A DNA stretch of 64,000 nucleotides from assembly GCA_018223105.1 (NCBI GenBank), contig JAAEYY010000010.1, positions 34,812 through 98,811 on the forward strand, given 5' to 3'. Below, one piece after another: positions 1-9,605 of this stretch; position 1 is the stretch's first letter, and each line of letters opens with the position of its first letter. A program made the translations under genes and the position numbers. Below the pieces are notes generated by a model, which was not told the DNA's origin, did not search any database, and saw only the letters and a list, made by a program, of their open reading frames with translations. This DNA comes from a bacterium (lineage in GTDB: Bacteria; Bacteroidota; Bacteroidia; NS11-12g; UBA9320).

Positions 1-373
1 TCATGCCCACAAGGGTATTTGAACCCTGTTTCAATAAAGGTACTAGGGCCTTTATCTCCGGGCTGCTTCCGCTTTTCGAAATACATATCACCAAATCGTT
101 GGAGCGAATCATGCCTAAATCACCGTGGATGGCATCTGCAGCATGCATATACATTGATGCCGTACCTGTACTATTCAGGGTGGCTACAATTTTTTGTGCA
201 ATGATGGCAGATTTTCCTATCCCCGTGATAACAACACGTCCATCGATATTTATGATACGATGAACTATTTCTACAAACGATTTGTTGAGTTTTTCTGTTA
301 GAGAAGAGATACTTTTGCTCTCCAATTCCAGCGTTTTTCTGGCGATTGATAAGATATTGCTTTCAGTTAGCAA
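1..373 (-). CDS. kdsD: KpsF/GutQ family arabinose-5-phosphate isomerase, 5' part (runs off window)
   Basis: Not in ORF track. Manual translation from TTG at 373: MLTESNILSIARKTLELE...GRVVITGIGKSAIIAQKIVATLNSTGT...HAADAIHGDLGMI, the SIS-domain motifs of KpsF/GutQ. Confidence 0.9.
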   Translation of the reverse strand, partial: MLTESNILSIARKTLELESKSISSLTEKLNKSFVEIVHRIINIDGRVVITGIGKSAIIAQKIVATLNSTGTASMYMHAADAIHGDLGMIRSNDLVICISKSGSSPEIKALVPLLKQGSNTLVGM

Positions 374-488
374 GGTTTTTGGATGCAAATTAAATTTATT
401 TTAAAGAATACTGAAAGAAGTATTATATTAGTAACATTATCATATTAAAACTGGTAAAATATCCAATTTATAAGGTTCTATTCTTAAG

Positions 489-2681
489 ATGATTTCAGAA
501 GCGGTTGATTTAAAAGGGAGTTTGAAGGAGTTTTTTGGCTTTGACTCGTTCAAAGGGATGCAGGAAGACGTAATAAACACAGTCCTCAATGGAGAAGACT
601 GCTTTGTTATTATGCCAACAGGTGCAGGTAAGTCACTTTGCTACCAACTACCCGCTCTAACTAGTCAAGGTACAGCCATAATAATATCACCACTCATTGC
701 ACTGATGAAAAATCAGGTTGATGCAATTCGAGGTTTTGGTGATAGCGACTCAGTAGCACATTTTCTTAATTCTTCATTAACTAAAACTCAAGCAGCACGC
801 GTTAAAAGCGATGTGATGGGCGGTAAAACTAAAATGTTATACGTAGCTCCGGAAACATTGAAAAAAGACGAAACTGTAGATTTTCTGCGCTCCGTAGAGG
901 TAAGTTTTGTTGCAGTTGATGAGGCGCATTGTATTTCGGAGTGGGGACATGATTTCCGACCTGAGTACAGAAGAATAAAGCAAATTGTTAAGGCTATTGA
1001 CGATGTGCCCATGATGGCACTTACAGCTACAGCTACGCCTAAAGTGCAATCCGATATTCAGAAAAACCTGAATATGCAGGATGCTAAAGTCTTTAAATCA
1101 TCCTTTAACCGTACAAACTTGTACTACGAGGTGATGCCCAAAGGCAACAAGGCGCAAACTATGAAGGACCTCATTTCCTTCATCAATAAAAGAAAAAATA
1201 AAAGTGGTATTGTTTACTGTCTGAGTAGAAAGAAAACAGAAGAAATTGCTGAAATTCTGCAGGCAAACAATATCAATGCTCTTCCATATCACGCAGGTTT
1301 AGACGCAAAAACAAGAGCCGGAAATCAGGATAAATTCCTGATGGAAGAAATCGATGTGATAGTTGCTACTATCGCCTTCGGGATGGGAATTGATAAGCCG
1401 GATGTGAGGTTTATTATTCACTACGATGTTCCAAAATCACTTGAAGGCTATTACCAGGAAACAGGTAGAAGCGGTAGAGATGGACTCGAAGGGGATTGTC
1501 TTTTATTCTTCAACCCAAAAGACACAGAAAAACTGGAGAAATTCCTGAAAGACAAGCCGGTAGCAGAACGCGAAATCGGGAGTCAGTTGATTGCTGAAAT
1601 GGCCTATTTTGCTGAGTCTTCTCAGTGCAGAAGGAAATCGCTTTTACATTATTTTGGGGAGAATTTTGATGCAGATGACTGTAACAAAATGTGCGATAAC
1701 TGTAGACATCCGAGAGAAACTCAAGAAGTTTCAGATGATGTTGTTACTGCACTTAAAACCATTGAATATACCGGCGGAAAAGTGGGTATAAAGCATATTA
1801 TTGAGATCTTAATTGGAAAAGCTTCTCAAGAAGTTAAGGCTTATCGCCATAATGAAGTGGAGTTTTTCGGAAAGGGTAAAGAGCAAGGTGCTAATTACTG
1901 GAAAACCATTATTCGCTATGCTCAAATCAATAATTACATTGTAAAAAATATAGAGCTTTACGGACTCCTTTCTATTAGTCCGGAAGGTTTGAGATATCTC
2001 GCTAACCCTACTCCGGTTCATATTGCACAAGACCGCGAGTTTGAAGCGGTAAGCGATGAGGATTTTGATAAAGTTCAAAATGAGGCTGTTTATGACGAAG
2101 AGTTATACGCTCAACTCAAGCAGCTTCAAAAAGATGTAGCCCGCGAAATGGGCCTTCCACCTTATGTTATCTTCCAGGAAACTTCTTTGGAAGACATGGC
2201 CTTCAAATATCCAATTACTATTAACGAATTGGAGAACATTAGCGGTGTAGGTAAAAACAAAGCCAAGAAATTTGGTAAACCCTTTGTTGAGCTAATTTCT
2301 CGCTATGTTGAGGAAAACGAAATTGACAGACCGGATGAATTAGTGCTTAAATCCGTAGTGAATAAAAGCGCGAGAAAAATTCATATCATCCAAAACATCG
2401 ATAAGAAAGTAACACTGGAAGACATTGCCAAAGGACAGGGAATGGATTTCCAGGAATTACTAGACGAACTTACTGCCATTGTATACTCAGGAACTCAGGT
2501 CGACTTGAATTATTACATCGATGAGATCATTGATGAAGAGGGTCGCGATGAAATTTACGACTATTTCAAATCTACTGATTCTAGTAGTATTGACGCGGCT
2601 GTAGACGAATTTGGAGGCGAGTTTACTCATGAGGAAATGAAAATATTTCAGATTCAATTCATGAGTGATGTTGCAAATTAA
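489..2681 (+). CDS. recQ: ATP-dependent DNA helicase RecQ
   Basis: MPTGAGKSLCYQLP, VDEAHCISEWGHDFRPEY, YYQETGRSGRDG, Zn-binding CRR...CDNC, RQC and HRDC regions. Confidence 0.97.
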   Translation: MISEAVDLKGSLKEFFGFDSFKGMQEDVINTVLNGEDCFVIMPTGAGKSLCYQLPALTSQGTAIIISPLIALMKNQVDAIRGFGDSDSVAHFLNSSLTKTQAARVKSDVMGGKTKMLYVAPETLKKDETVDFLRSVEVSFVAVDEAHCISEWGHDFRPEYRRIKQIVKAIDDVPMMALTATATPKVQSDIQKNLNMQDAKVFKSSFNRTNLYYEVMPKGNKAQTMKDLISFINKRKNKSGIVYCLSRKKTEEIAEILQANNINALPYHAGLDAKTRAGNQDKFLMEEIDVIVATIAFGMGIDKPDVRFIIHYDVPKSLEGYYQETGRSGRDGLEGDCLLFFNPKDTEKLEKFLKDKPVAEREIGSQLIAEMAYFAESSQCRRKSLLHYFGENFDADDCNKMCDNCRHPRETQEVSDDVVTALKTIEYTGGKVGIKHIIEILIGKASQEVKAYRHNEVEFFGKGKEQGANYWKTIIRYAQINNYIVKNIELYGLLSISPEGLRYLANPTPVHIAQDREFEAVSDEDFDKVQNEAVYDEELYAQLKQLQKDVAREMGLPPYVIFQETSLEDMAFKYPITINELENISGVGKNKAKKFGKPFVELISRYVEENEIDRPDELVLKSVVNKSARKIHIIQNIDKKVTLEDIAKGQGMDFQELLDELTAIVYSGTQVDLNYYIDEIIDEEGRDEIYDYFKSTDSSSIDAAVDEFGGEFTHEEMKIFQIQFMSDVAN

Positions 2682-2692
2682 TTTCAGGTGAT

Positions 2693-2700
2693 TAATTTTG
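2693..2700 (+). promoter_or_regulatory. Bacteroidota -7 promoter element (TAATTTTG) for tRNA-Gln
   Basis: Matches TAnnTTTG, 11 nt upstream of the tRNA. The same motif precedes many genes here (e.g. 12847, 18146, 36324, 46878, 50630; minus strand 12760-12767). Confidence 0.7.
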
Positions 2701-2711
2701 CAGGCCGAAAT

Positions 2712-2784
2712 TGACCGATGGTGTAACTGGCAACACGTCTGGTTTTGGTCCAGAAGAGTCCAGGTTCGAGCCCTGGTCGGTCAA
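2712..2784 (+). tRNA. tRNA-Gln(TTG)
   Basis: Acceptor TGACCGA/TCGGTCA, anticodon arm TCTGG-TT-TTG-GT-CCAGA, T-loop GGTTCGAGCCC; CCA not encoded. Confidence 0.96.
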
Positions 2785-2964
2785 CAAAGTAGAGCTGGGA
2801 AGGGCTTCGACATATTGAAGCCCTGCTCAATTTTCAAAATAGAGAATTACGTTCTTACTCATCGCCGAAAGGCAAAAACGGTTCAGGCCGGATCCTGAAA
2901 TTACGCTTTCTAATTTGAAAGCAGTTTATGATAACCACCAAAGGAGTGGTGAAAGTAGAACACT

Positions 2965-3936
2965 ATGCCGTCATTTATAAATAAAGTAAAACTATTCTCT
3001 GGTTCAGCCTCAAATTATCTGGCTGATAAAATCGCTGTATCTTATGGACAAAAGCTAGGCTCTGTTACATTGAGTAAGTTTAGCGATGGTGAATTCCAAC
3101 CTAGTTTGGATGAATCAGTTCGTGGATGCGATATTTTCATCGTTCAATCTACCTTTCCACCTTCGGATAACTTGATGGAGCTTCTCATGCTCATCGATGC
3201 TGCTAAGCGTGCTTCTGCACATAAAGTAGTTGCGGTTATTCCTTATTTCGGATTGGCAAGACAAGATCGTAAAGACAAGCCCAGAGTTCCAATCAGCTCT
3301 AAAATGGTGGCCAACATTCTCACTGCAGCAGGTGCAGATCGAGTAATGACCATGGACCTCCACGCTCCGCAAATTCAAGGATTTTTTGATATTCCGGTAG
3401 ATCACTTAGATTCTACTGTAATCTTCATTCCTTATATCAAAAACCTAGGTTTAGATAACCTAATCTTAGCAGCTCCGGATATCGGTGCTTCTAAAAGAGT
3501 GAGAGAATTTGCGAAAATTCTAGGAGTGGAAATGGTAATCTGCGATAAAGCCAGAAAAAGAGCAAATGAAATTGCGTCTATGACCATCATTGGTGATGTG
3601 GAAGGACAAGATGTTGTGCTTATTGACGATATCTGCGACACAGCAAACACACTTTGTAAAGCAGCCGCTCTACTAAAAGAAAAAGGAGCTCGCTCAGTTC
3701 GCGCGGTTTGTACTCACCCTGTTTTGAGTGGAAAAGCATACGAGAATATTGCAAACTCTGAAATGGAAGAGTTAGTAGTATGTGATACTATTCCTTTGAA
3801 ACCCGGTCATCATGACAAAATAAAAACGCTTAGCGTAGACCGTCTATTTGCTAACGCGATTAGAAATGTAAGTGAGTTTGGTTCAATCAGCTCATTATTC
3901 AGCATTTCAGATTCTTATCAACCCGAATTAATTTAA
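2965..3936 (+). CDS. prs: Ribose-phosphate pyrophosphokinase
   Basis: FSDGE, PYFGLARQDRK, MDLHAPQIQGFFD, VLIDDICDTANTL. Confidence 0.97.
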   Translation: MPSFINKVKLFSGSASNYLADKIAVSYGQKLGSVTLSKFSDGEFQPSLDESVRGCDIFIVQSTFPPSDNLMELLMLIDAAKRASAHKVVAVIPYFGLARQDRKDKPRVPISSKMVANILTAAGADRVMTMDLHAPQIQGFFDIPVDHLDSTVIFIPYIKNLGLDNLILAAPDIGASKRVREFAKILGVEMVICDKARKRANEIASMTIIGDVEGQDVVLIDDICDTANTLCKAAALLKEKGARSVRAVCTHPVLSGKAYENIANSEMEELVVCDTIPLKPGHHDKIKTLSVDRLFANAIRNVSEFGSISSLFSISDSYQPELI

Positions 3937-3954
3937 AAAAAACAGAATAAAACA

Positions 3955-4596
3955 ATGAAAGTAATTGCACTAAAAGGTGACTTACGTAAGTCTACCGGGA
4001 GGTCCGAAACTAAAAAATTACGTAAAGAAGGTAAAGTACCTTGCGTAGTTTACGGTGCCTCAGACAACATGAACTTCAGTGTCTTTCAAGCCGATTTTAA
4101 AAATCTGGTATATACTCCAAATACATACCTAGTAAAACTTGATGTAGAAGGAGATGCTAGATTGGCTAAAGTTCAGGATCTTCAATTCCATCCTGTATCT
4201 GAAGACATTTTACATGCAGATTTCTACGAAGTAGATGTAACCAAACCGGTTAAAATCGCTATTCCTGTACACATTGAAGGGATCTCTCCCGGTGTTAGAG
4301 CAGGTGGTAAACTTCAAGTGAAAATCAAGAAACTTTTAGTTTCAGGTCTAGTTCAGGATATTCCTGAATTTATTCCGGTTGACATTTCAAAACTTGAAAT
4401 CGGAAAAAGTATTAAAGTTAAAGATATCTCAGTAGACAAATTAGATCTATTGGATTCTGGTTCTAACTCTATCGTTTCATGCGTTGTTACTAGAGCTGCT
4501 AAATCTGCGGCATCTGGTGATGTTGCTGATGAAGAAGCAGAAGGCGAAGAAGGAGAAGGAGAAGCTTCAGAAGGAGGCGAGGAATCAGCAGAATAA
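3955..4596 (+). CDS. rplY: 50S ribosomal protein L25/general stress protein Ctc
   Basis: LRKEGKVPCVVYG, QFHPVSEDILHADF, acidic tail; follows prs. Confidence 0.95.
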   Translation: MKVIALKGDLRKSTGRSETKKLRKEGKVPCVVYGASDNMNFSVFQADFKNLVYTPNTYLVKLDVEGDARLAKVQDLQFHPVSEDILHADFYEVDVTKPVKIAIPVHIEGISPGVRAGGKLQVKIKKLLVSGLVQDIPEFIPVDISKLEIGKSIKVKDISVDKLDLLDSGSNSIVSCVVTRAAKSAASGDVADEEAEGEEGEGEASEGGEESAE

Positions 4597-4616
4597 TATT
4601 TGCAGAACTCACAATG

Positions 4617-4644
4617 AAAAAGCTCACCTCGGTGGGCTTTTTTT
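4617..4644. terminator. Bidirectional intrinsic terminator
   Basis: AAAAAGCTCACC-TC-GGTGGGCTTTTTTT between convergent rplY and the epimerase gene. Confidence 0.8.
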
Positions 4645-5625
4645 ATAGGCTTCCGCTGCGCGATTTATTACCGTTTCAAGAGATGCAAACTCGAACCTTA
4701 ATGCCTGTTTCACTTTCGCATTGGAATATCTCTGTTTAGATGTTGCAGCCCGCACCGTCTCTTCAGACAATAGACCTCTCATCCTAAAAATACGTTTTAA
4801 GAACACCATTCCCTTGATTAGGTTTAAAAGCAAACCTTTAACCGGAATTTTGGGTCGCTTTTTACCTAAAGCATCTGCCATCATAAATTGAACTTCTTTA
4901 TGACTTGCGTTTTCATTAAACACCAGAAATCGCTCATTAAATTGTTCTTGGATTAAAAGCTGCTCTATTACTGCAGATAAATCTCGTATGCCCGTAAAAG
5001 CAGTAATCCCTTCACTGTAAAATGGAAATGATTTCCAGGCATTTTTAAAGAGTTGACAAGAACTTTTGTTCCAATCGCCGTAGCCTAAAACTACTCCCGG
5101 ATTCACAATAACAGCATTCAGGCCTTCTTCAATTCCCCGGTAAACTTCCATCTCGGCCAAAGACTTACTTAAGCCATAATTACTGTGAGGCTGTGAATTA
5201 TCCCAGACCTCAGATTCATCCAGAATATCTTTAGCAGCATTCTTTGAAACTGCAGAAGTTGAACTCACATGACAAAGGCCTTTGATCTTTGCACTTAAAC
5301 ATGAATTCACCACATGGGCAGTGTATCCCGCATTAATTCGAATCAGTTCATTTAAGTCTTGTTTGTGATAGGAGATAAATCCGGCGGTGTGAATCACATA
5401 ATCTGCTTCAGAGAATATTTCCACAAGACGTGGAACATCATATAGTTCTGCATCTATCCAGCTTAGTTCACCTCTTTGCTCAGTGTAAAAAGGAGATAGC
5501 AATTCAAACTCGGAGAGCGAGCTGCTACTGCGTTTAATTCCAACGACATCATGGCCATTAGCTCGTAAGTGATGAATTAAGTGAACACCTATAAATCCTG
5601 TGGCACCTGTGATAGCAAATTTCAA
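4624..5625 (-). CDS. NAD-dependent epimerase/dehydratase (extended SDR)
   Basis: TGATGFIG Rossmann motif, HVSS, YGLSK catalytic motif. Confidence 0.9.
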   Translation of the reverse strand: MKFAITGATGFIGVHLIHHLRANGHDVVGIKRSSSSLSEFELLSPFYTEQRGELSWIDAELYDVPRLVEIFSEADYVIHTAGFISYHKQDLNELIRINAGYTAHVVNSCLSAKIKGLCHVSSTSAVSKNAAKDILDESEVWDNSQPHSNYGLSKSLAEMEVYRGIEEGLNAVIVNPGVVLGYGDWNKSSCQLFKNAWKSFPFYSEGITAFTGIRDLSAVIEQLLIQEQFNERFLVFNENASHKEVQFMMADALGKKRPKIPVKGLLLNLIKGMVFLKRIFRMRGLLSEETVRAATSKQRYSNAKVKQALRFEFASLETVINRAAEAYKKSPPR

Positions 5626-5669
5626 GATACAGTTCGATAACTTTGTGACCTAAAGTACGAAAATACGCC

Positions 5670-6791
5670 ATGTTTGAAGACTACCTCGAAGCACTTCCGA
5701 TAATTTCTGAATATAAAGCTTATCAAATTGGATCGTCTATTCGTTCCTATGATAAAAACACCGACTTCGAGAAAGTAAAAGCAGCACTAATTTGTGTTCC
5801 CGATGGCAGAGCGTCCAACAAAAACTCAGGAACGGAAAAAGGTCCGGAACAGGCGAGATTGGAGCTTCTTAAACTGAGCAATAACCTGGCTCCGGAAGAG
5901 TGGGTCGACCTGGGAAAGCTAAAACCCGGAAGTTCATTTAATGATACCTTATCTGCCTTGCAAGAGGTGTGTAAGGAGCTTCGAAGTCATAAGGTGATTC
6001 CTATAGTGCTTGGTGGTTCAAGAGAACTGATGTTTGCGATGTATAAAAGTCTGGAGGGGCAAACCCAAAATGCGGATATCACTAATATTTCTGCAGATCT
6101 TCCTTTAGCAGAAGAGGAGGTTTTGGAAAAGATCGTGCTGCACGAACCCAATTACCTTTTCAATTTGAATGCATTGGGTTTTCAGGGACACTATGTTCCC
6201 GCCAAGGCGTTTGATACATTGTTAAATATGGGCTTTGAGCATATGCGATTGGGTACTTTAAAATCAAATGTAGAAGAAGCGGAACCCCTGATTAGAAATA
6301 CCAATATTTTCGCTTTTGATATTGGAGCAATTAAACAAGCAGACGCTCCGGCGAATTATTATTCTAATCCCATTGGTTTAGATGGTGATCTTGCTTGTCA
6401 GCTTTCATGGTATGCCGGCATAAGCGATACCTGTGGGCAGTATGGAGTGTTTGAACTCAATCCGGAATTTGATTACAGAAACCAAAGTGCGAAGCTCGTT
6501 GCCCAAATGGTTTGGTATTTTATGGATGGGGTAAAGAGCAGAAAAAATGATCATCCCAATCTTCACGACGACTTCTTGAGATACCGATGCAATTTGAATG
6601 AAAAGTATCCCGATATTGTATTTCACAAGAGTAAAAGAACCAATCGTTGGTGGATGGAATTGCCAAATCCGAAAAGTTTAAATAATAAAGAAATGAATGT
6701 GTTGATTCCATGCTCATACGCTGATTATCAGGATGCTGCGAAAGGAACCTTGCCCGAAAGATACCTTCGCGCCTTACAAAAAATGCATTGA
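5670..6791 (+). CDS. Arginase/formimidoylglutamase family protein (Bacteroidota type)
   Basis: PIVLGGS, FDIGAIK..DAPA, FELNPEFD..QSAKLVAQMVWYF, C-terminal KSKRTNRWWM; metal ligands look degenerate. Confidence 0.75.
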   Translation: MFEDYLEALPIISEYKAYQIGSSIRSYDKNTDFEKVKAALICVPDGRASNKNSGTEKGPEQARLELLKLSNNLAPEEWVDLGKLKPGSSFNDTLSALQEVCKELRSHKVIPIVLGGSRELMFAMYKSLEGQTQNADITNISADLPLAEEEVLEKIVLHEPNYLFNLNALGFQGHYVPAKAFDTLLNMGFEHMRLGTLKSNVEEAEPLIRNTNIFAFDIGAIKQADAPANYYSNPIGLDGDLACQLSWYAGISDTCGQYGVFELNPEFDYRNQSAKLVAQMVWYFMDGVKSRKNDHPNLHDDFLRYRCNLNEKYPDIVFHKSKRTNRWWMELPNPKSLNNKEMNVLIPCSYADYQDAAKGTLPERYLRALQKMH

Positions 6792-6859
6792 TTTAGACCA
6801 TTTTGAAAAGTTTGGCGTTAAAATTGTATAGTATCTAACAACCTTATTATTTAAAAGAA

Positions 6860-6982
6860 GTGAAGTCAAAATCTATTTACATCGTTTTATTCCTAGCAGT
6901 AAGTTGTATGCTTTTCTCATCATGTGCAAAAACTAAATGTAGCACAAGAGGGAAAACCAGAACTGAAATGGGCTGGATGTAA
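6860..6982 (+). CDS. Small lipoprotein, 40 aa (MKSKSIYIVLFLAVSCMLFSSCAKTKCSTRGKTRTEMGWM)
   Basis: Manual translation from GTG 6860 to TAA 6982; basic N-terminus, hydrophobic core, FSSC lipobox; T-tailed terminator downstream. Confidence 0.65.
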   Translation: MKSKSIYIVLFLAVSCMLFSSCAKTKCSTRGKTRTEMGWM

Positions 6983-7099
6983 TCAATTTCAAAAGAAATT
7001 TGGTTAAAACAACGTCTTCGCGATGCGCGGAGAATGGATAGTAGATCCTTAAATTCATGAGATTTAAGGGACTGACACATGAACGTTAATTATTGTCTG

Positions 7100-7130
7100 A
7101 AAGGTGATGGTGTTACTATCACCTTTTTTT
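7100..7130 (+). terminator. Intrinsic terminator
   Basis: AAAGGTGATGG-TGTTA-CTATCACCTTT followed by a T run. Confidence 0.75.
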
Positions 7131-7135
7131 GTGCC

Positions 7136-7657
7136 TTAAAGTGCGGCAATACAGCGTTCACGTATCGCCCATAATTCATCAAAAGAGTAGGGTAAATCTT
7201 GGGAGCCAAGCCAGCGCTGCAAGAACTTCTTATGATACTCTACTTTAAATTCACTCACCTGTTCCGGAGAAATATTCTGTTCTTCTAAGAGAGCTTCTTG
7301 AATCAAATCAAAATTAGATTCCCCAAAAGTCACGTCCAACGGAGCTCCTTTTATCTTGAGATAGCAATGCGCTTCAGGAATAGCATCTACCTTGGCTTCA
7401 TTAAGAACCTCTTTAACACCGGGAGTATTCACAGGATCCATGAGATAAATCCCCATAATGAGTTCCACATCTTGCTCTCCAAAATGATCTGCTATCATTT
7501 TAAGCAAAGCGTGTTTAGAACTGCAGGTCCCTTTTTCTTCAGAAAGAACCAGTGTTGGATCGCAGCGGTTCGCATTCCGGCCGTAAGGTAAAGCAGAGAC
7601 GTAGTTTATTGCTTTTGGCCAGGTAGTTATTCCTTTATGTTGGAGTACATTTTTCAC
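7136..7657 (-). CDS. Hypothetical protein, transglutaminase-like
   Basis: GTCSSKHALL, EAHCYL and LDVT suggest a Cys-His-Asp triad. Confidence 0.6.
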   Translation of the reverse strand: MKNVLQHKGITTWPKAINYVSALPYGRNANRCDPTLVLSEEKGTCSSKHALLKMIADHFGEQDVELIMGIYLMDPVNTPGVKEVLNEAKVDAIPEAHCYLKIKGAPLDVTFGESNFDLIQEALLEEQNISPEQVSEFKVEYHKKFLQRWLGSQDLPYSFDELWAIRERCIAAL

Positions 7658-7694
7658 ATTTAATAATTCACTTAGATGGGCAAATTCACTTAAA

Positions 7695-8327
7695 TTGGGA
7701 CCAAGCTATGTAATGTCTATGAAGAATATCATATCAAGAGGAGCCAAAGAAGTGAATTACAGTCTACTTTTATTTTGCTACGCATTGATCATATTGTCTT
7801 CCTGTTCAAACAAAGAAAATAATAGTGAAGATTTGATTAATTGGTTTGAATATAAAAAAAAAGAACTTCTTAGTATGGATTTAGATCAAATAGATTCAGT
7901 TGTAGGAGGTGAAAATCATCAATACATTAATTATAAGGAAAAATCGAACTACACCTTTCTTAAATATTACAAAGATGGAAATGTTATCTGTGAGGCAGTT
8001 TATTCTGGTAAAGATACAAGTCAATTGCATGTATGTTCATACTATGACACACAATCTCGTTTTGAATTTAGACAGGAGATAGTAGGTTCCGGTACAATTC
8101 GCTTTGAAGGGTTCTTTTTTAATGGATATCGTTGCGGGCATTTTAAAAATCATGATTATGATGGCAATTTGAGACAAGAAGGGTTAAGTTTTAAAAGTAA
8201 TAAAGTAGGTTATTTGAAATTTTACTCAGAGGATGGATTACTTGAAGAGTCATATAAGGTTAGCAAAAGTATTAACGGCAAAGACATGAATTATATAGAC
8301 TCAATTTGGAGTAGGATCAGGAATTGA
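7695..8327 (+). CDS. Lipoprotein with MORN-variant/YwqK-like repeats (true start probably later)
   Basis: ILSSC lipobox; YDGNLRQEG and YSEDGLLEE repeats; AT-rich. Confidence 0.6.
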   Translation: MGPSYVMSMKNIISRGAKEVNYSLLLFCYALIILSSCSNKENNSEDLINWFEYKKKELLSMDLDQIDSVVGGENHQYINYKEKSNYTFLKYYKDGNVICEAVYSGKDTSQLHVCSYYDTQSRFEFRQEIVGSGTIRFEGFFFNGYRCGHFKNHDYDGNLRQEGLSFKSNKVGYLKFYSEDGLLEESYKVSKSINGKDMNYIDSIWSRIRN

Positions 8328-8650
8328 TATGTCTTCAAGATGACCAAATTCCAACATCCATATATCAGTATTTATTAAATACGTCTAGGTAACTATACTA
8401 TATAGAGACGAGAAGTGCGGGCTGGCACACAATATTGCGGGCCGGCGTTGGGGTGAATCAGATTATTGATTAGAAAATTAATAAAAGTGCTTGCATTTAA
8501 ATCTGTGGCTCATGCAAAAAACCCACATACTAAGGAAAAAGTAATAAGACTCAAGAGGATTGAAGTTCCTTCAGAGGATAACAGATTTGTTGCTTTTATT
8601 AAATTTTCTTCAATAAGCTGAGAGAGCGCCGGAAGCATTATATTGTGAAA

Positions 8651-8750
8651 GACTTTTTGTTTCTTTTTGGTCTCAAAAAGAAAGTAGAAGAGTCAAGACA
8701 AAAAGAAGGAAAGGTTCCTGTCTCTTATGAATTCGCCGTCAGGCGGATTC
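8651..8750. repeat. Two REP-like palindromes
   Basis: TTTCTTTTTG-GTCT-CAAAAAGAAA (within 8651-8694) and GAATTCGCC-GTCA-GGCGGATTC (8729-8750) in an intergenic gap. Confidence 0.45.
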
Positions 8751-8765
8751 AGAAAAGATGGAAGT

Positions 8766-9092
8766 TTATTGCGCTTTCCCCGCCTTCCATTCTACCGCCA
8801 TTCTATTCGTAAAACCAATCATATCAAAAGGGCAGGTAGATTCACTCCTTTCTATAGGAAATACCGGTAAATCAGGTTTGAGTTTTTGAATGAAATTCTC
8901 CATGGAGATGCGTTGATCATCGGGCAAGCCGGCTCCTATCACCACAAAATCTGGAGGATTGTTTTCTAAGATTTCCATAATCTCATCTCGACCTGTAGCT
9001 ATTGTAACTTTTCGATGGAATACCTTGAGCTCCTCCTTAAGAATATTGAGCACTTCTATTTTTCTTCCAATCATCAAAATTTGAGGTTCCAT
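8766..9092 (-). CDS. Hypothetical protein, receiver-like fold
   Basis: ILMIG...PPDFVVIGAGL pattern, lacking the phospho-acceptor Asp. Confidence 0.55.
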   Translation of the reverse strand: MEPQILMIGRKIEVLNILKEELKVFHRKVTIATGRDEIMEILENNPPDFVVIGAGLPDDQRISMENFIQKLKPDLPVFPIERSESTCPFDMIGFTNRMAVEWKAGKAQ

Positions 9093-9150
9093 GCGCGATT
9101 AAGGTACATAGAATAAAAGGGAATTGGAAATTATTTGAAGGAAATTGAGT

Positions 9151-9567
9151 CTAACGATCCTTCAGCCGATAAACAAACTTCAAAGCACTCCAGTCTGTAT
9201 CAACTGAAGCAACTTTTGTGTCGACCAAACCTAGGTCCAAGACATAAAGTCGGATCAACTCTCTATGTAAGGTGTTAGGAATAAGGGAAGTACCCTTAGG
9301 CCAGCTTATCCATAACATTCCATCCTTCTTTAAGGCCTTAATAAACAGTGGAATCTCGCCTTTTAATTCCTCTTCGGAGGTGATAAATGCGTGAATGAAA
9401 TCCAGTGTGTCATCCTCCAAATACTCTTGCACTTGCAAGTTCTCCGGCAAAGGATCCAATAAGTCAAAGTAAAATGCAGGCTGATTGTAAAAGTAGCAAG
9501 TTTGCTCTTCCTGCAAGCCCAACTTACGGGCCAGATCTGATAGCTGTTCACGGTCTCCAGCTGCCAC
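9151..9567 (-). CDS. DUF3052-like protein
   Basis: LARKLG, GMLWISWPKG, GLVDTKVASVDTDWSALKFV. Confidence 0.8.
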   Translation of the reverse strand: MAAGDREQLSDLARKLGLQEEQTCYFYNQPAFYFDLLDPLPENLQVQEYLEDDTLDFIHAFITSEEELKGEIPLFIKALKKDGMLWISWPKGTSLIPNTLHRELIRLYVLDLGLVDTKVASVDTDWSALKFVYRLKDR

Positions 9568-9605
9568 AGAGACAAATGTATAAAATTATTAAAAACGACT
9601 CAAGT

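Noticed and set aside
3-263. Plus-strand ORFs at the window start
   Set aside because: Antisense shadows of the kdsD-like gene
2698-2898. 66-aa ORF
   Set aside because: Overlies tRNA-Gln; spurious
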